From the IMG/VR virus record IMGVR_UViG_3300036790_000211, positions 6,512-70,511 of that record: a DNA stretch of 64,000 bases. One strand, written 5' to 3'. A model generated the notes under the pieces. The model did no database searches. It was given only the letters and a program-made list of their open reading frames with translations, and was not told the DNA's origin. The position numbers and the translations under genes are program-made. Below are positions 9,043 to 17,658 of this stretch, piece after piece (the stretch's first letter is position 1; each line of letters begins with the position of its first letter). Origin of the DNA: a virus.

Positions 9043-9461
9043 TGAAGCTCGCTATCAAGATGGGACGGTCGTCGCCGGCGGCGGCCGTCGAGGACTCGTT
9101 ACCGGCGATGCCGGTGAGGGTTGGGGTGGAGCAGCTGGAGGAGGCGTACGAGCCTGCTCCCGTGGCCGAGCCCCCGGCCCCGGTCCGGGTGATCCCCCGC
9201 GACCCGAAGGACCACCGGAGCCCGTTCCTGGTGGAATGGCCGTTCGCGCTGAAGGCGTGGGACATCGCCAAGGAGCGCACGAGACTCGACCCGATCGGCG
9301 TCCGCCTGCAGGTATCGATCCTCGATCGGATCTGCGACTTCACCCGCTCGACCCCGCCGCAGCCGGTCCACGTTAAGGACATCGTCGACGAGGTGCTCGG
9401 GTCCAACTCGCAGGCCATCCAGGACCAGAAGGACGCGATCGCGATAGCTCGCCGTCGTTAG
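9042..9461 (+). CDS. hypothetical protein
   Basis: TGATG coupling to dnaB. Confidence 0.65.
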   Translation: MKLAIKMGRSSPAAAVEDSLPAMPVRVGVEQLEEAYEPAPVAEPPAPVRVIPRDPKDHRSPFLVEWPFALKAWDIAKERTRLDPIGVRLQVSILDRICDFTRSTPPQPVHVKDIVDEVLGSNSQAIQDQKDAIAIARRR

Positions 9462-9481
9462 CATCACGCATGCGATAGCAT
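9461..9481 (+). promoter_or_regulatory. operator-like 21-mer GCATCACGCATGCGATAGCAT
   Basis: 19/21 identical to 62400-62420. Confidence 0.5.
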
Positions 9482-9519
9482 GTGACATGCGCCGTCATTC
9501 GTCCATCTGAATACAGGTA

Positions 9520-9545
9520 GGAGTGCCACCTCCATGTGTGAGTCA
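9520..9545 (+). promoter_or_regulatory. UGCCAC-loop hairpin element sequestering an SD
   Basis: GGAG-TGCCAC-CTCC-ATGTGTGAGTCA. Confidence 0.7.
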
Positions 9546-9833
9546 AAGACCACTTCGTCTCTCGACGCGCCCGCCCTTCCCGAGCGACAGGATCTGCCGC
9601 TAGAGGACATCCTCACCCACCTCTCCGCTGCCCGGTCGCACGTGCGCACGGCTCGCGACGCCGGCCTGAAGGCGATCGAGAAGATGCTCGAGTCCGGGTA
9701 CTCGGACATGGGCCACGGCCTCTCCGCGCTGGTGATGGAGATGGACCAGCTGCTCTCCGACCTGCAGGCCGCGCACGAGCAGCGCATCAACGAGCACGAG
9801 GCCAGCCGGAAGGCTCAGATCGAGGAAGGGTAG
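9534..9833 (+). CDS. hypothetical coiled-coil protein
   Basis: AGGAG SD, codon bias. Confidence 0.65.
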   Translation: MCESKTTSSLDAPALPERQDLPLEDILTHLSAARSHVRTARDAGLKAIEKMLESGYSDMGHGLSALVMEMDQLLSDLQAAHEQRINEHEASRKAQIEEG

Positions 9834-10193
9834 GTGGGTCTCACGACGGCCCAGAAGCGAGCGCTCGCGATCTCCAAGGGACGTCAGTTCGAGAACACGG
9901 TGATGAACCTGTGCCATCTGGCCGGGGCCAAGAAGTGGCAGCACCAGCGGCCAGGACTCACCGCCAGCGGACGGTGGATGACGGCGATCTCGGGGGACAA
10001 GGGCGCACCTGACCTTCAGATCGTCACTCGGACGGGGAAGTACCTGCTCCGGGAACTCAAGTCCGGGCACGGGAAGCTGAGCCCCGAGCAGAAGGAATGG
10101 ATGGCCGAGCTCGTCGCCGCCGGCGTCGACGCCGCAGTGTGGATGGAGGCCGACGTGGACTCCGGACGCGTCTGGGAGGAGCTGACCGCATGA
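9834..10193 (+). CDS. VRR-NUC domain nuclease
   Basis: GAPDL...RELKSGHGKLSPEQKEWM. Confidence 0.85.
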   Translation: MGLTTAQKRALAISKGRQFENTVMNLCHLAGAKKWQHQRPGLTASGRWMTAISGDKGAPDLQIVTRTGKYLLRELKSGHGKLSPEQKEWMAELVAAGVDAAVWMEADVDSGRVWEELTA

Positions 10194-10663
10194 GGACCTA
10201 CTGGTACTGCGAAGCGGTCGACTACCCGCACAAGCCCGACGAGGCCGACGTCGACTACAACGAGCGCGACAAGCGGATGCCGGTCCCCGAGCCGGACGCC
10301 AACCTCGTGAGCAGCCGCCTGTTCGAACCCGACGACGGGGACTGGCCGACCGAAGAGATGCACTGGCCGGTACTCGACATCGACAAGCCGCAGGGCGGAC
10401 GCGATGCACTGACCCGACTCATCTGCGAGAAGTGCCCGGAGCTACGCGAGGCCGAGTGGAGCTGGATCCGCAGCACGACCCCCGGCAACGGCCACCTCTT
10501 CATCGACGGGGTGGCGATCGGCTGGGTGCGCTACATGACCCTGCTCCACCACCTCGAACAGAGGGGCTGGCTGGAAAAGGGATTCGTCGACGCAAGCCTG
10601 GCGCGGGGAGCCACGTTCGTTCGGAAGCCCGGACACAGGAAGGTCATGGAGGAAGTCGCATGA
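10190..10663 (+). CDS. hypothetical protein with AEP-like motifs
   Basis: VLDID and RSTTPGNGHLFI; ATGA overlap. Confidence 0.6.
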   Translation: MRTYWYCEAVDYPHKPDEADVDYNERDKRMPVPEPDANLVSSRLFEPDDGDWPTEEMHWPVLDIDKPQGGRDALTRLICEKCPELREAEWSWIRSTTPGNGHLFIDGVAIGWVRYMTLLHHLEQRGWLEKGFVDASLARGATFVRKPGHRKVMEEVA

Positions 10664-10812
10664 CGGAGGACCCCGCTCGGAAGCTGCGGGAGAAAGAGAC
10701 CACGATCGTCCACGCCCGGACCACCATGGACCAGGCGCTGCGAGCGATCAACGAGAACCGAATCGAGATGGCCCGGCTGCTCCTGGAGCAGGGCATCAAG
10801 GAGACCAGGTAG
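10660..10812 (+). CDS. small hypothetical protein
   Basis: GGAGG SD, ATGA overlap. Confidence 0.6.
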   Translation: MTEDPARKLREKETTIVHARTTMDQALRAINENRIEMARLLLEQGIKETR

Positions 10813-10817
10813 CCCAC

Positions 10818-12443
10818 ATGGCAGATCCCAACGTGTACTCGGTCGTGCTTGCGATCCCGCTGGACAAGCTGCACGACCACCCGCTGAACCCACGACACGA
10901 GATCCCGGAGGACGACGCACTCCGGGAGATGGCCGCGAGCATGCAGGCTCACGGCGTGCTGGAGCCGTTGCTCGTCATACCGGATGGTCCGAGGGGTGGA
11001 GATTGGCTCCTGGTGGCCGGTCACCGGCGCCGGGCCGCGGCCAAGCTGGCCGGGCTGACCGAGGTGCCAGGCATTCCGCGCCCGGACCTGGCCGACAACA
11101 TCGACGTGCTCGTGACCATGCTGTCCGAGAACGGCCACCGGAAGGACCTCTCCGCGATGGAGGAGGCCGAGGGCTTCAAGCAGCTGGAGCTTCTGGGACT
11201 CGACGCCGGTCAGATCAGCGATCGCGTCGGGACCGGAGCGGCCACGGTGAAGCGCCGCCTGAAGCTGACCGGGCTGCCCGAGCAGGTACGCGAGCGCGTC
11301 CACGCCGGCCAGGTCACCCTGTCTGACGCCGAGGCGCTGACTGAGTTCAACGGCGACGAGAAGGCCGTCGAGGACGTCCTGAAGGCGTGGGAGACCTACC
11401 ACAACATGTCGTGGGCCATCGAGAGCGTGAAGGGCAAGCGCGAGACTGCGGCAAAGAGCAAGGAGGCCAAGGCGGCACTAAAGGCCGAGGGCACGACGAT
11501 CATCCCCGAGCCCAGGCAGTTCGGCTGGGGCAGCGTGGCGAAGTCCCTGGTTCAGATCCCGAACCCCGACTCCGCGGGCGGCCACTACACGCCGGAGACG
11601 CACAAGGACTGTCCGTTCCATGCGGCGTTCATCGGTCCGGCCGGGGGCGCGATCTACGTCTGCACGAACCCGGAGGAGGCCGGCCACAAGGTGGACCGGT
11701 CGCAGCAGCCGCACGGGGGCATGTCGGAGGAGCAGCTCGCGAAGCGTGAGGAGGAGCACGAGGCTCTGATGGCGGCGCTGGAGCCCGCCCACAAGGTGAG
11801 GCGGAAGTTCCTCTCGGAGTTCATGAGCAGCCGCGACAAGGAGACCACGGCCAGGCTGTTGCGCAACTCCATCCCCGCCGTTGCTTCCACGTACTTCCGG
11901 GCCGACGATGCCGATGACATCCGCCTGTTCTGCGACCTCGCCGGGCTCGATCTGCCCGACCTCTCGAAGCTGGAGCAGGCGGGCCAAGGCGATAGCTGGG
12001 TTCAGGCTCGGAATGCCATGCATGAGGTGTGGACGAAGGTCGGTCAGATCGAGGACCAGGCCAAGCTGGCTCGAGTCCTGATGGCTGTGTTCTGCTTCCG
12101 GCTCGAGAGAGGGGCCGGGGACTACTGGGGTTGGCAGCGGGGAGAGCAGGTCAAGTGGATCGAGAGCCTGCGAGACAAGTGGGGATACGAGATCACGCCG
12201 GAGGAGCAGGGCTTGATCGACGAATTCCACGGTCGGGCCGAGCGCTGCGAGGTCTGTGGAGAGGAGTACGGCGAGGACGGCGAGTGCGACTGCGACGACG
12301 GACCGGAGGTAGGTGAGGAACTGGCGTCCGCAGAGGGGGAGGCGCTCGACGAGGACGGCGGCCCCGGGTCGGACGACGGCGAGGGCGACGGCCTGGAGGA
12401 AGAGTTGATGGCGGCTGCGGCCGCGGCAGGAGGTCTGGGGTAG
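10818..12443 (+). CDS. ParB/RepB/Spo0J-family protein
   Basis: HPLNPR, GVLEPLLV, LVAGHRRRAAA, SENGHRKDLSAMEEA, HTH. Confidence 0.9.
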   Translation: MADPNVYSVVLAIPLDKLHDHPLNPRHEIPEDDALREMAASMQAHGVLEPLLVIPDGPRGGDWLLVAGHRRRAAAKLAGLTEVPGIPRPDLADNIDVLVTMLSENGHRKDLSAMEEAEGFKQLELLGLDAGQISDRVGTGAATVKRRLKLTGLPEQVRERVHAGQVTLSDAEALTEFNGDEKAVEDVLKAWETYHNMSWAIESVKGKRETAAKSKEAKAALKAEGTTIIPEPRQFGWGSVAKSLVQIPNPDSAGGHYTPETHKDCPFHAAFIGPAGGAIYVCTNPEEAGHKVDRSQQPHGGMSEEQLAKREEEHEALMAALEPAHKVRRKFLSEFMSSRDKETTARLLRNSIPAVASTYFRADDADDIRLFCDLAGLDLPDLSKLEQAGQGDSWVQARNAMHEVWTKVGQIEDQAKLARVLMAVFCFRLERGAGDYWGWQRGEQVKWIESLRDKWGYEITPEEQGLIDEFHGRAERCEVCGEEYGEDGECDCDDGPEVGEELASAEGEALDEDGGPGSDDGEGDGLEEELMAAAAAAGGLG

Positions 12444-12877
12444 TGCGGATCGGACTGGTGGGGTGCGGCGGGCAGAAGCTCGCCGCACCGGCGGCGGCGA
12501 AGGACCTCTACACCTCAACGCTGTTCAAGAAGAAGCGCGCGTACGTGGAGCGCTACTGCGACGGCTGGTGGGTCATCTCGGCCAAGCACGGGCTGCTCGA
12601 CCCGGAGCAGGTCATCCAGTCGTACGACCTGTCTCTGGCCTCTCTGACGCCCACCGATCGCTACCGGTGGGCATTCCGCGTCGCGGAGCAGGTCGACCTA
12701 CAGCTGGAGCGCGGGACCACGATCGAGATTCACGCCGGCAACGACTACGCCCTGAACCTGAGCTCCGCGCTGCACGCACGGGGGTTCATCGTCCTGCGTC
12801 CACTGTGCCGGGTGCCGATCGGGCTTCAGCTCCAGTGGTACACACAGCAACTCGCCAAGGCTGAGGAGGCCGCCTGA
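12443..12877 (+). CDS. DUF6884-like protein
   Basis: IGLVGCGGQK..PAAAKDLYTSTLF...ISAKHGLL.PEQVI.SYD. Confidence 0.75.
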   Translation: MRIGLVGCGGQKLAAPAAAKDLYTSTLFKKKRAYVERYCDGWWVISAKHGLLDPEQVIQSYDLSLASLTPTDRYRWAFRVAEQVDLQLERGTTIEIHAGNDYALNLSSALHARGFIVLRPLCRVPIGLQLQWYTQQLAKAEEAA

Positions 12878-12878
12878 C

Positions 12879-13187
12879 ATGCAGATCACCATCTACGGCG
12901 CCAGCGACGACCTGATCGAGATCGAGGGAGACATCCGCGAGGAGTTCAGCCTCGACAACATGGACGACAACGGGGACCTGCTCGCCTTCTCGGACGGGAC
13001 GGTGCTCCGGATCGCCTACAAGAGCAGCGGCGTGTGGCGCATCACCAAGGTCTTCGAGGGGACCGCGACCATCGAGATCAACCAGGCTCCGGAGGCCGAC
13101 GAGGACAACTACAGCGACCGGGCCACGGTGACCGGAGATCCGCTCGTGTGGGTCGTCCACGGCATCGACTTCAAGAGGGCCGCCTGA
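12879..13187 (+). CDS. hypothetical phage protein
   Basis: IYGASDDLIEIEGDIREEF; GAGGAGG SD. Confidence 0.75.
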   Translation: MQITIYGASDDLIEIEGDIREEFSLDNMDDNGDLLAFSDGTVLRIAYKSSGVWRITKVFEGTATIEINQAPEADEDNYSDRATVTGDPLVWVVHGIDFKRAA

Positions 13188-13294
13188 TGGACAAGGAGGT
13201 CAAGCACGGCCTGGGCTGTCTCCTGGAGGCGCTGGCGCTGGCGATCATCATCGCCGCGCTCAGCATTCCGTGGGGGAACCTGTTCCATGGCTGA
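13187..13294 (+). CDS. small membrane protein
   Basis: TGATG coupling; single hydrophobic helix. Confidence 0.55.
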   Translation: MDKEVKHGLGCLLEALALAIIIAALSIPWGNLFHG

Positions 13295-13559
13295 GACGCC
13301 CGCGGAGCTGCGCCAGTTGCTGATCGAGGCCCTGGTCGACGAGTACCCGGACGGCTTCACTCTCAACGACATCGCCAAGATCGCTGACCGCCTCTGGGGC
13401 TGGATGGAGGCGAACTACGATACGCCGAGCTTCGCCCTGGTCCAGGAGAACGAGCGGCTGCGAGTGCGAGCGCAGAAGGCCGAACGGGAGTTGAGGGAAC
13501 TGGAGGCGCGGGACGCCTTCAGTTCAATGGACAGCCCATCAGACCGAGGTGATGTGTGA
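13287..13559 (+). CDS. hypothetical protein
   Basis: Codon bias, operon context. Confidence 0.65.
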   Translation: MAETPAELRQLLIEALVDEYPDGFTLNDIAKIADRLWGWMEANYDTPSFALVQENERLRVRAQKAERELRELEARDAFSSMDSPSDRGDV

Positions 13560-13692
13560 CCACCAACCCCCGTGAGTCCGGCGACCTGCTTGGCCCGACT
13601 GGCACCTCGACTACTGGGCCGAGACCGAGAGGCTCCTCTGCCCGGATTGCTACTCGAAGGTGCTCGCGGCGGAAGACGAGGGGGCGCAGTGA
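13556..13692 (+). pseudogene. apparently frameshifted small CxxC protein gene
   Basis: MTTNPRESGD from GTG 13556 continues in the -1 frame as PAWPDWHLDYWAETERLLCPDCYSK...; that frame's stop couples to the next gene. Confidence 0.4.
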
Positions 13693-13943
13693 GCGAGCCG
13701 CAGTACACCGCAGGCGCCATCCTCCGCGTCAACGGCCGCTGGAGCCTGACCCACTTGTTCAGGCGCGCCGTCCCCGAACTCGTGACGAAGTGCGGGCTGA
13801 CCTACGACGTCAGCGAGCTCTACGACGGTGAGGAGGAGGTGGAGTGTTTCCGCCGCGAGCATCCGGGCGAGCCTTCGTTCCTGCGCTGCGGCGAGTGCTT
13901 CCCGGACGGGACGGGAAGTGTGGGCCGCTCGATTTTGCTGTGA
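13689..13943 (+). CDS. hypothetical Cys/His protein
   Basis: GTGA overlap; TH...TKCG...CGEC. Confidence 0.55.
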   Translation: MSEPQYTAGAILRVNGRWSLTHLFRRAVPELVTKCGLTYDVSELYDGEEEVECFRREHPGEPSFLRCGECFPDGTGSVGRSILL

Positions 13944-13959
13944 TCTTGAGGAGGCAGCC

Positions 13960-14481
13960 ATGACCACCGAACCCCGCCAGCCCGATGAGCAACTTGTTGA
14001 GGGGTCATCGCCGGACCCGCAAGTTTGTCATAACCAGCCCGACGGCTTCGAGGAGTGGTGGGACGGCGCCATAGACTCCGCGTCCGACGTGGAAGGGATG
14101 CGCGCCGCCTGGGAGGCCGGAGCCCGCGCCGAGCGGGAGCGGGTGGTGCCGGGGGCCGCCGCTGGCCTGACCGAAGTGATCCTGAAGGCGCTGGAGGATG
14201 AGGCGACTGATCATGGCCGGGGATTCTTCGTAGACCGTATCGAGCGACATAAGTGGGACCTCATGGCTGGGTACATCGTCTCCGCCGTCCAGCCCTTCAT
14301 CGACCGGGAGCGGGGGCGGTATGAGGCGCTGGCGGCACAGCTTGACAAGGATATGTATTGGGAACCGGACGAAACCGCCGACTGGCTCCGCGTGAAGTAT
14401 CAGGACGGCCACATCCCAGAGCCCATCGCCGCCGCGCTGAGGGAGCACCCAGACCTGCCCGAGGAGGAGAAGGATGGCTGA
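13960..14481 (+). CDS. hypothetical protein
   Basis: GAGGAGG SD. Confidence 0.6.
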   Translation: MTTEPRQPDEQLVEGSSPDPQVCHNQPDGFEEWWDGAIDSASDVEGMRAAWEAGARAERERVVPGAAAGLTEVILKALEDEATDHGRGFFVDRIERHKWDLMAGYIVSAVQPFIDRERGRYEALAAQLDKDMYWEPDETADWLRVKYQDGHIPEPIAAALREHPDLPEEEKDG

Positions 14482-14758
14482 GCCCTACGTCCCCAACCCC
14501 GCGCTCGACGAGTGGGAGAAGGACAAGGGTCCAACCCTGCTCTACGCGGACGGCCAGGAGATTCGCGTGGGCGACGTCGTGGACTTCGGGTTCACGGGAG
14601 GCCGCCTGTTCGAGGTCGACGACGATTGGCCTGGCGATGTGATGAGGGTTGGAGCCGACTACGTAGTGGTGGACACCCACCTGAACAGCTGGGAGCGATT
14701 CGATCCGGAGAAGTTGAAGCTTCTGGAGCGGGAGAAGGAACAGTCAACAGACGTCTGA
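14474..14758 (+). CDS. hypothetical protein
   Basis: SD, overlap, codon bias. Confidence 0.6.
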   Translation: MAEPYVPNPALDEWEKDKGPTLLYADGQEIRVGDVVDFGFTGGRLFEVDDDWPGDVMRVGADYVVVDTHLNSWERFDPEKLKLLEREKEQSTDV

Positions 14759-14859
14759 CCTCAATGCTCACAGAGCCTACGCAATTCAGCGTACCCGTGA
14801 AAACCCGCAGAAATACGCGTAACCATTCCGCTCCGTTAATCGTTTCCGCTGAGCCGAGC

Positions 14860-14897
14860 TGCACACACACACGTGAGTCATCTGTCTGTTGGGAGGA
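14860..14897 (+). promoter_or_regulatory. GUGAGUCA box with (CA)n run, no UGCCAC hairpin
   Basis: TGCACACACACACGTGAGTCA, then GGAGGAG. Confidence 0.45.
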
Positions 14898-14906
14898 GCA
14901 TCGTCC

Positions 14907-15800
14907 ATGCATAAATTCGTTCGTGCCTTAGTGCCTGCGATCGCCGCCAGCGCCTTAGCCGTCTTCTTCGGCGGAGCGGCGGCCAGCGCAGACACCGCAA
15001 CGCCGATCTCCTGCACCGCCAACCCCGTCGTCGGCGAGTACGAAGTCAACTACGCCAACGCCCTCACCATCCGCGACACCCCCTACGTCATCACCGGAGG
15101 CGACACCGTCGACCAGGTGCTCCAGAGCGATGGCGTCTGGGAGCAGATCACGTCCGTCGGGGGATACGTCGACACCGGCGTTGTGACCCCGGAAGCTCCG
15201 CTCTCGCAGCTGGGCACCTTCTCCGTCCAGGGCAAGGGGCCGATCGAACTGAACATCTGGATCAATGCCGACGGCGGCAAGATGTTCACCTGGAAGGGCA
15301 CCTCCTACGAGGGCCCCGGCAACGACGACTACGGCCAGATCGAGGCCAGCCTGATCCACGGACAGATCTCGGTCGACGACTCGACCATGATCCACTGGCT
15401 CGGCGGCCCGCTCGACGGAACGCCTGACGTCTCCCTGGGCTCTCTGGAAGCCGGCACCGTCGTCAGCGGCGCCAACACCATCACCGGCAAGACCAAGTTT
15501 CAGCTGTGGGCTGGCACCGTCCTCCCTGGCGCCGGGAAGTCGGACGTGACCATAACCAGCATCGACGGCGACAACACCACGACCTGCACCGCGGCGACTC
15601 CGACCCCGTCCGCAACCCCCCCGCCGCCCTCGGCCACGCCGACCCCGAAAGGCTCCCCTCCGACTCCGACTCCGTCGACCAGCACGAGCGGCACCGGCTC
15701 CTCGAGCAGCGGCAGCGCAACCCCCGGCCTTCCCGACACCGGCCATCCGGCCGTATCGTGGTGGCAGGACATCGCGGACTTCCTAACCGCGCACATCTGA
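14907..15800 (+). CDS. secreted protein with P/T/S linker and LPDTG motif
   Basis: Signal peptide ending ASA-D, beta-rich body, TPTP linker, GLPDTG. Confidence 0.8.
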   Translation: MHKFVRALVPAIAASALAVFFGGAAASADTATPISCTANPVVGEYEVNYANALTIRDTPYVITGGDTVDQVLQSDGVWEQITSVGGYVDTGVVTPEAPLSQLGTFSVQGKGPIELNIWINADGGKMFTWKGTSYEGPGNDDYGQIEASLIHGQISVDDSTMIHWLGGPLDGTPDVSLGSLEAGTVVSGANTITGKTKFQLWAGTVLPGAGKSDVTITSIDGDNTTTCTAATPTPSATPPPPSATPTPKGSPPTPTPSTSTSGTGSSSSGSATPGLPDTGHPAVSWWQDIADFLTAHI

Positions 15801-15912
15801 ATCTCTCCCCCGCAGCCATGCTCGGTGGAGGGGCGGTGAGCGAGAGCTCGCCGCCCAGCCCCGAGCGGCCGGGAGCCTTCCGTATGACATCGATCCTCTA
15901 CGCAACGCTGAC

Positions 15913-15951
15913 GCCCGCCCCCGCCCTCCGGGGGTGGGCTTCTTCTATTTC
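15913..15951 (+). terminator. intrinsic terminator
   Basis: GCCCGCCCCC/GGGGGTGGGC stem followed by TTCTTCTATTTC. Confidence 0.55.
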
Positions 15952-15965
15952 AGGAGAAACGTTTG

Positions 15966-16175
15966 ATGCACAGCCGAAAGAACCTCGTGATCCGCTGGAT
16001 GCGGGAGACCGAGGGGACCCTCGAAGAGGAGTTGGAGTCGCCCAGGTGGATATGGGTGAAGCTGGGCGTCGCGGCACTGGTCGTCCTGGCGGAGCTCGCG
16101 CTGTACCACCATCTGTCGCCGCCGGCCCCGACTCCGTTCATGCGAGTGGCGATGTTGGTGAGGAGGATCAGCTGA
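15966..16175 (+). CDS. small membrane protein
   Basis: AGGAG SD, one TM. Confidence 0.55.
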   Translation: MHSRKNLVIRWMRETEGTLEEELESPRWIWVKLGVAALVVLAELALYHHLSPPAPTPFMRVAMLVRRIS

Positions 16176-16489
16176 TGTCCGACTTCTCCATCATTCGGGA
16201 TGGCGCATTCGAGGCCAGCATGAAGGCGACTGATGTCGAGCTCGACATCAAGTACCCGGAGATCCCGTCCGGGACGCCGTACGTCGATGCCATCCGAGAG
16301 GTGTCGGGGGCCATCACGTGGGAGCCGACCCCGGAGTGGGACCGGTGGTGGAAGCTGCAGGTGGTGATCAGGCTGCGCGATGACCTGCTCCTGCTGGCGC
16401 GGATGACGCTGCTCGATCCGCTCCAGCTCGCCCGTGAGTTTCCGCAGGACGCGGTGAGAGCCGGGCTAGTCGACGAGGAGAGCAACTGA
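16175..16489 (+). CDS. hypothetical protein
   Basis: TGATG coupling, GAGGAGG SD. Confidence 0.6.
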   Translation: MSDFSIIRDGAFEASMKATDVELDIKYPEIPSGTPYVDAIREVSGAITWEPTPEWDRWWKLQVVIRLRDDLLLLARMTLLDPLQLAREFPQDAVRAGLVDEESN

Positions 16490-16725
16490 TGCGCATCTTC
16501 GCGAAGCCGTCGGACGGAGAGGAGTTCGAGGTTGAGGACCTGTTCTGGTTCGAGGAGCACGGCGTCCACGACTTTGAGGGTGAGGGCGACTACTTCGAGC
16601 GGTACTCGTTCAGGTTTGAGCCCGACGAACGGCCGGCGCCTCGCGTGCTTCCCCCATACCGACCCATCAGAGAAGCGATCGGCTACATCGAGAAGGGCCA
16701 GCGACGCCCCAAGGAGAGCAGCTGA
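16489..16725 (+). CDS. hypothetical protein
   Basis: TGATG coupling. Confidence 0.6.
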   Translation: MRIFAKPSDGEEFEVEDLFWFEEHGVHDFEGEGDYFERYSFRFEPDERPAPRVLPPYRPIREAIGYIEKGQRRPKESS

Positions 16726-16943
16726 TGGACGGTGATCGCTGCCGCTACTGCTCGACGCCGCTGTGGGCATCCGCGAGCAACGTCAGGTGCGACACCTGCG
16801 GGGCGCCGATGCCCCACCCCAAGCCGCCACCGCCCGATCCGAACCTGCTCGCCATCCAGTACGACGCCTACCTCGTCGCGCACCTCATGATCGACGGGCG
16901 CTTCAAAGAGATCGTTGGGGTGACTCGCGACAATGATTCTTAA
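16725..16943 (+). CDS. zinc-ribbon protein
   Basis: CRYC...CDTC. Confidence 0.6.
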   Translation: MDGDRCRYCSTPLWASASNVRCDTCGAPMPHPKPPPPDPNLLAIQYDAYLVAHLMIDGRFKEIVGVTRDNDS

Positions 16944-16957
16944 CGTCATACAATGGA

Positions 16958-17158
16958 GTGGAGATGAGACGAACCGCACCGATGAACGCCAAGCCTCTGA
17001 CCAGAGCCACGTGCTGGCACACCTGGCTGTCCCGCCAGGAGGACGACACCAGAATCGCCCACACGTGCATGCTGCCGACCGACCACTCGGGTCCGCACCG
17101 CTGCGGGACTCAGTACCGCGGGCTCGTGTGCGGCGAGGAGAAGGACCCCGATGCCTGA
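16958..17158 (+). CDS. small Cys/His-rich protein
   Basis: CMLPTDHSGPHRC. Confidence 0.55.
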   Translation: MEMRRTAPMNAKPLTRATCWHTWLSRQEDDTRIAHTCMLPTDHSGPHRCGTQYRGLVCGEEKDPDA

Positions 17159-17360
17159 CCGACCGCTTTGGGAGGAGCTGAACGAGGGGGGCGCCGCCAT
17201 CGACCGCGCCGTCGACGAGATGGAGGACCGCGACGATCGACTGATTGAGCTACAGCGAACCAGCGATGCCAAGCTGGCTGAGATCCTGAGAACGGGATCA
17301 ACTCGTTCTGGGCTTACACGGCGCGAGACGTCGCCTCGATGCGGGACGCGTGCGTCTTGA
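17151..17360 (+). CDS. hypothetical protein
   Basis: SD and overlap. Confidence 0.5.
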   Translation: MPDRPLWEELNEGGAAIDRAVDEMEDRDDRLIELQRTSDAKLAEILRTGSTRSGLTRRETSPRCGTRAS

Positions 17361-17394
17361 CCATCCTGCGCCACGAGGAGAAGGAGGGGTGAGC

Positions 17395-17658
17395 ATGGAC
17401 CACGAATGCTCCGTCTGCTACCAGAAGGTGAGCCAGCACGACGAGACGTGCTGGGCGAACGGTGTCGAACACCGACACTGGCCCGCGCTGTGCTGCCCAG
17501 GCTGCGTCTGCCAATCGTTCGAGGCTGCGCACTCTGAACTCCACGAGCCCTTCAAGGATCCCGAGCCGTCCAACGCGTCGGAGGAGTACGCGATGGTCAA
17601 GGAGCGGCATCGCATCTACTGCGACATCGAAGAAGGCCCCGACGTGGGGGCGCTGTGA
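17395..17658 (+). CDS. Cys/His-rich protein
   Basis: CSVC..H...CCPGCVC. Confidence 0.55.
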   Translation: MDHECSVCYQKVSQHDETCWANGVEHRHWPALCCPGCVCQSFEAAHSELHEPFKDPEPSNASEEYAMVKERHRIYCDIEEGPDVGAL

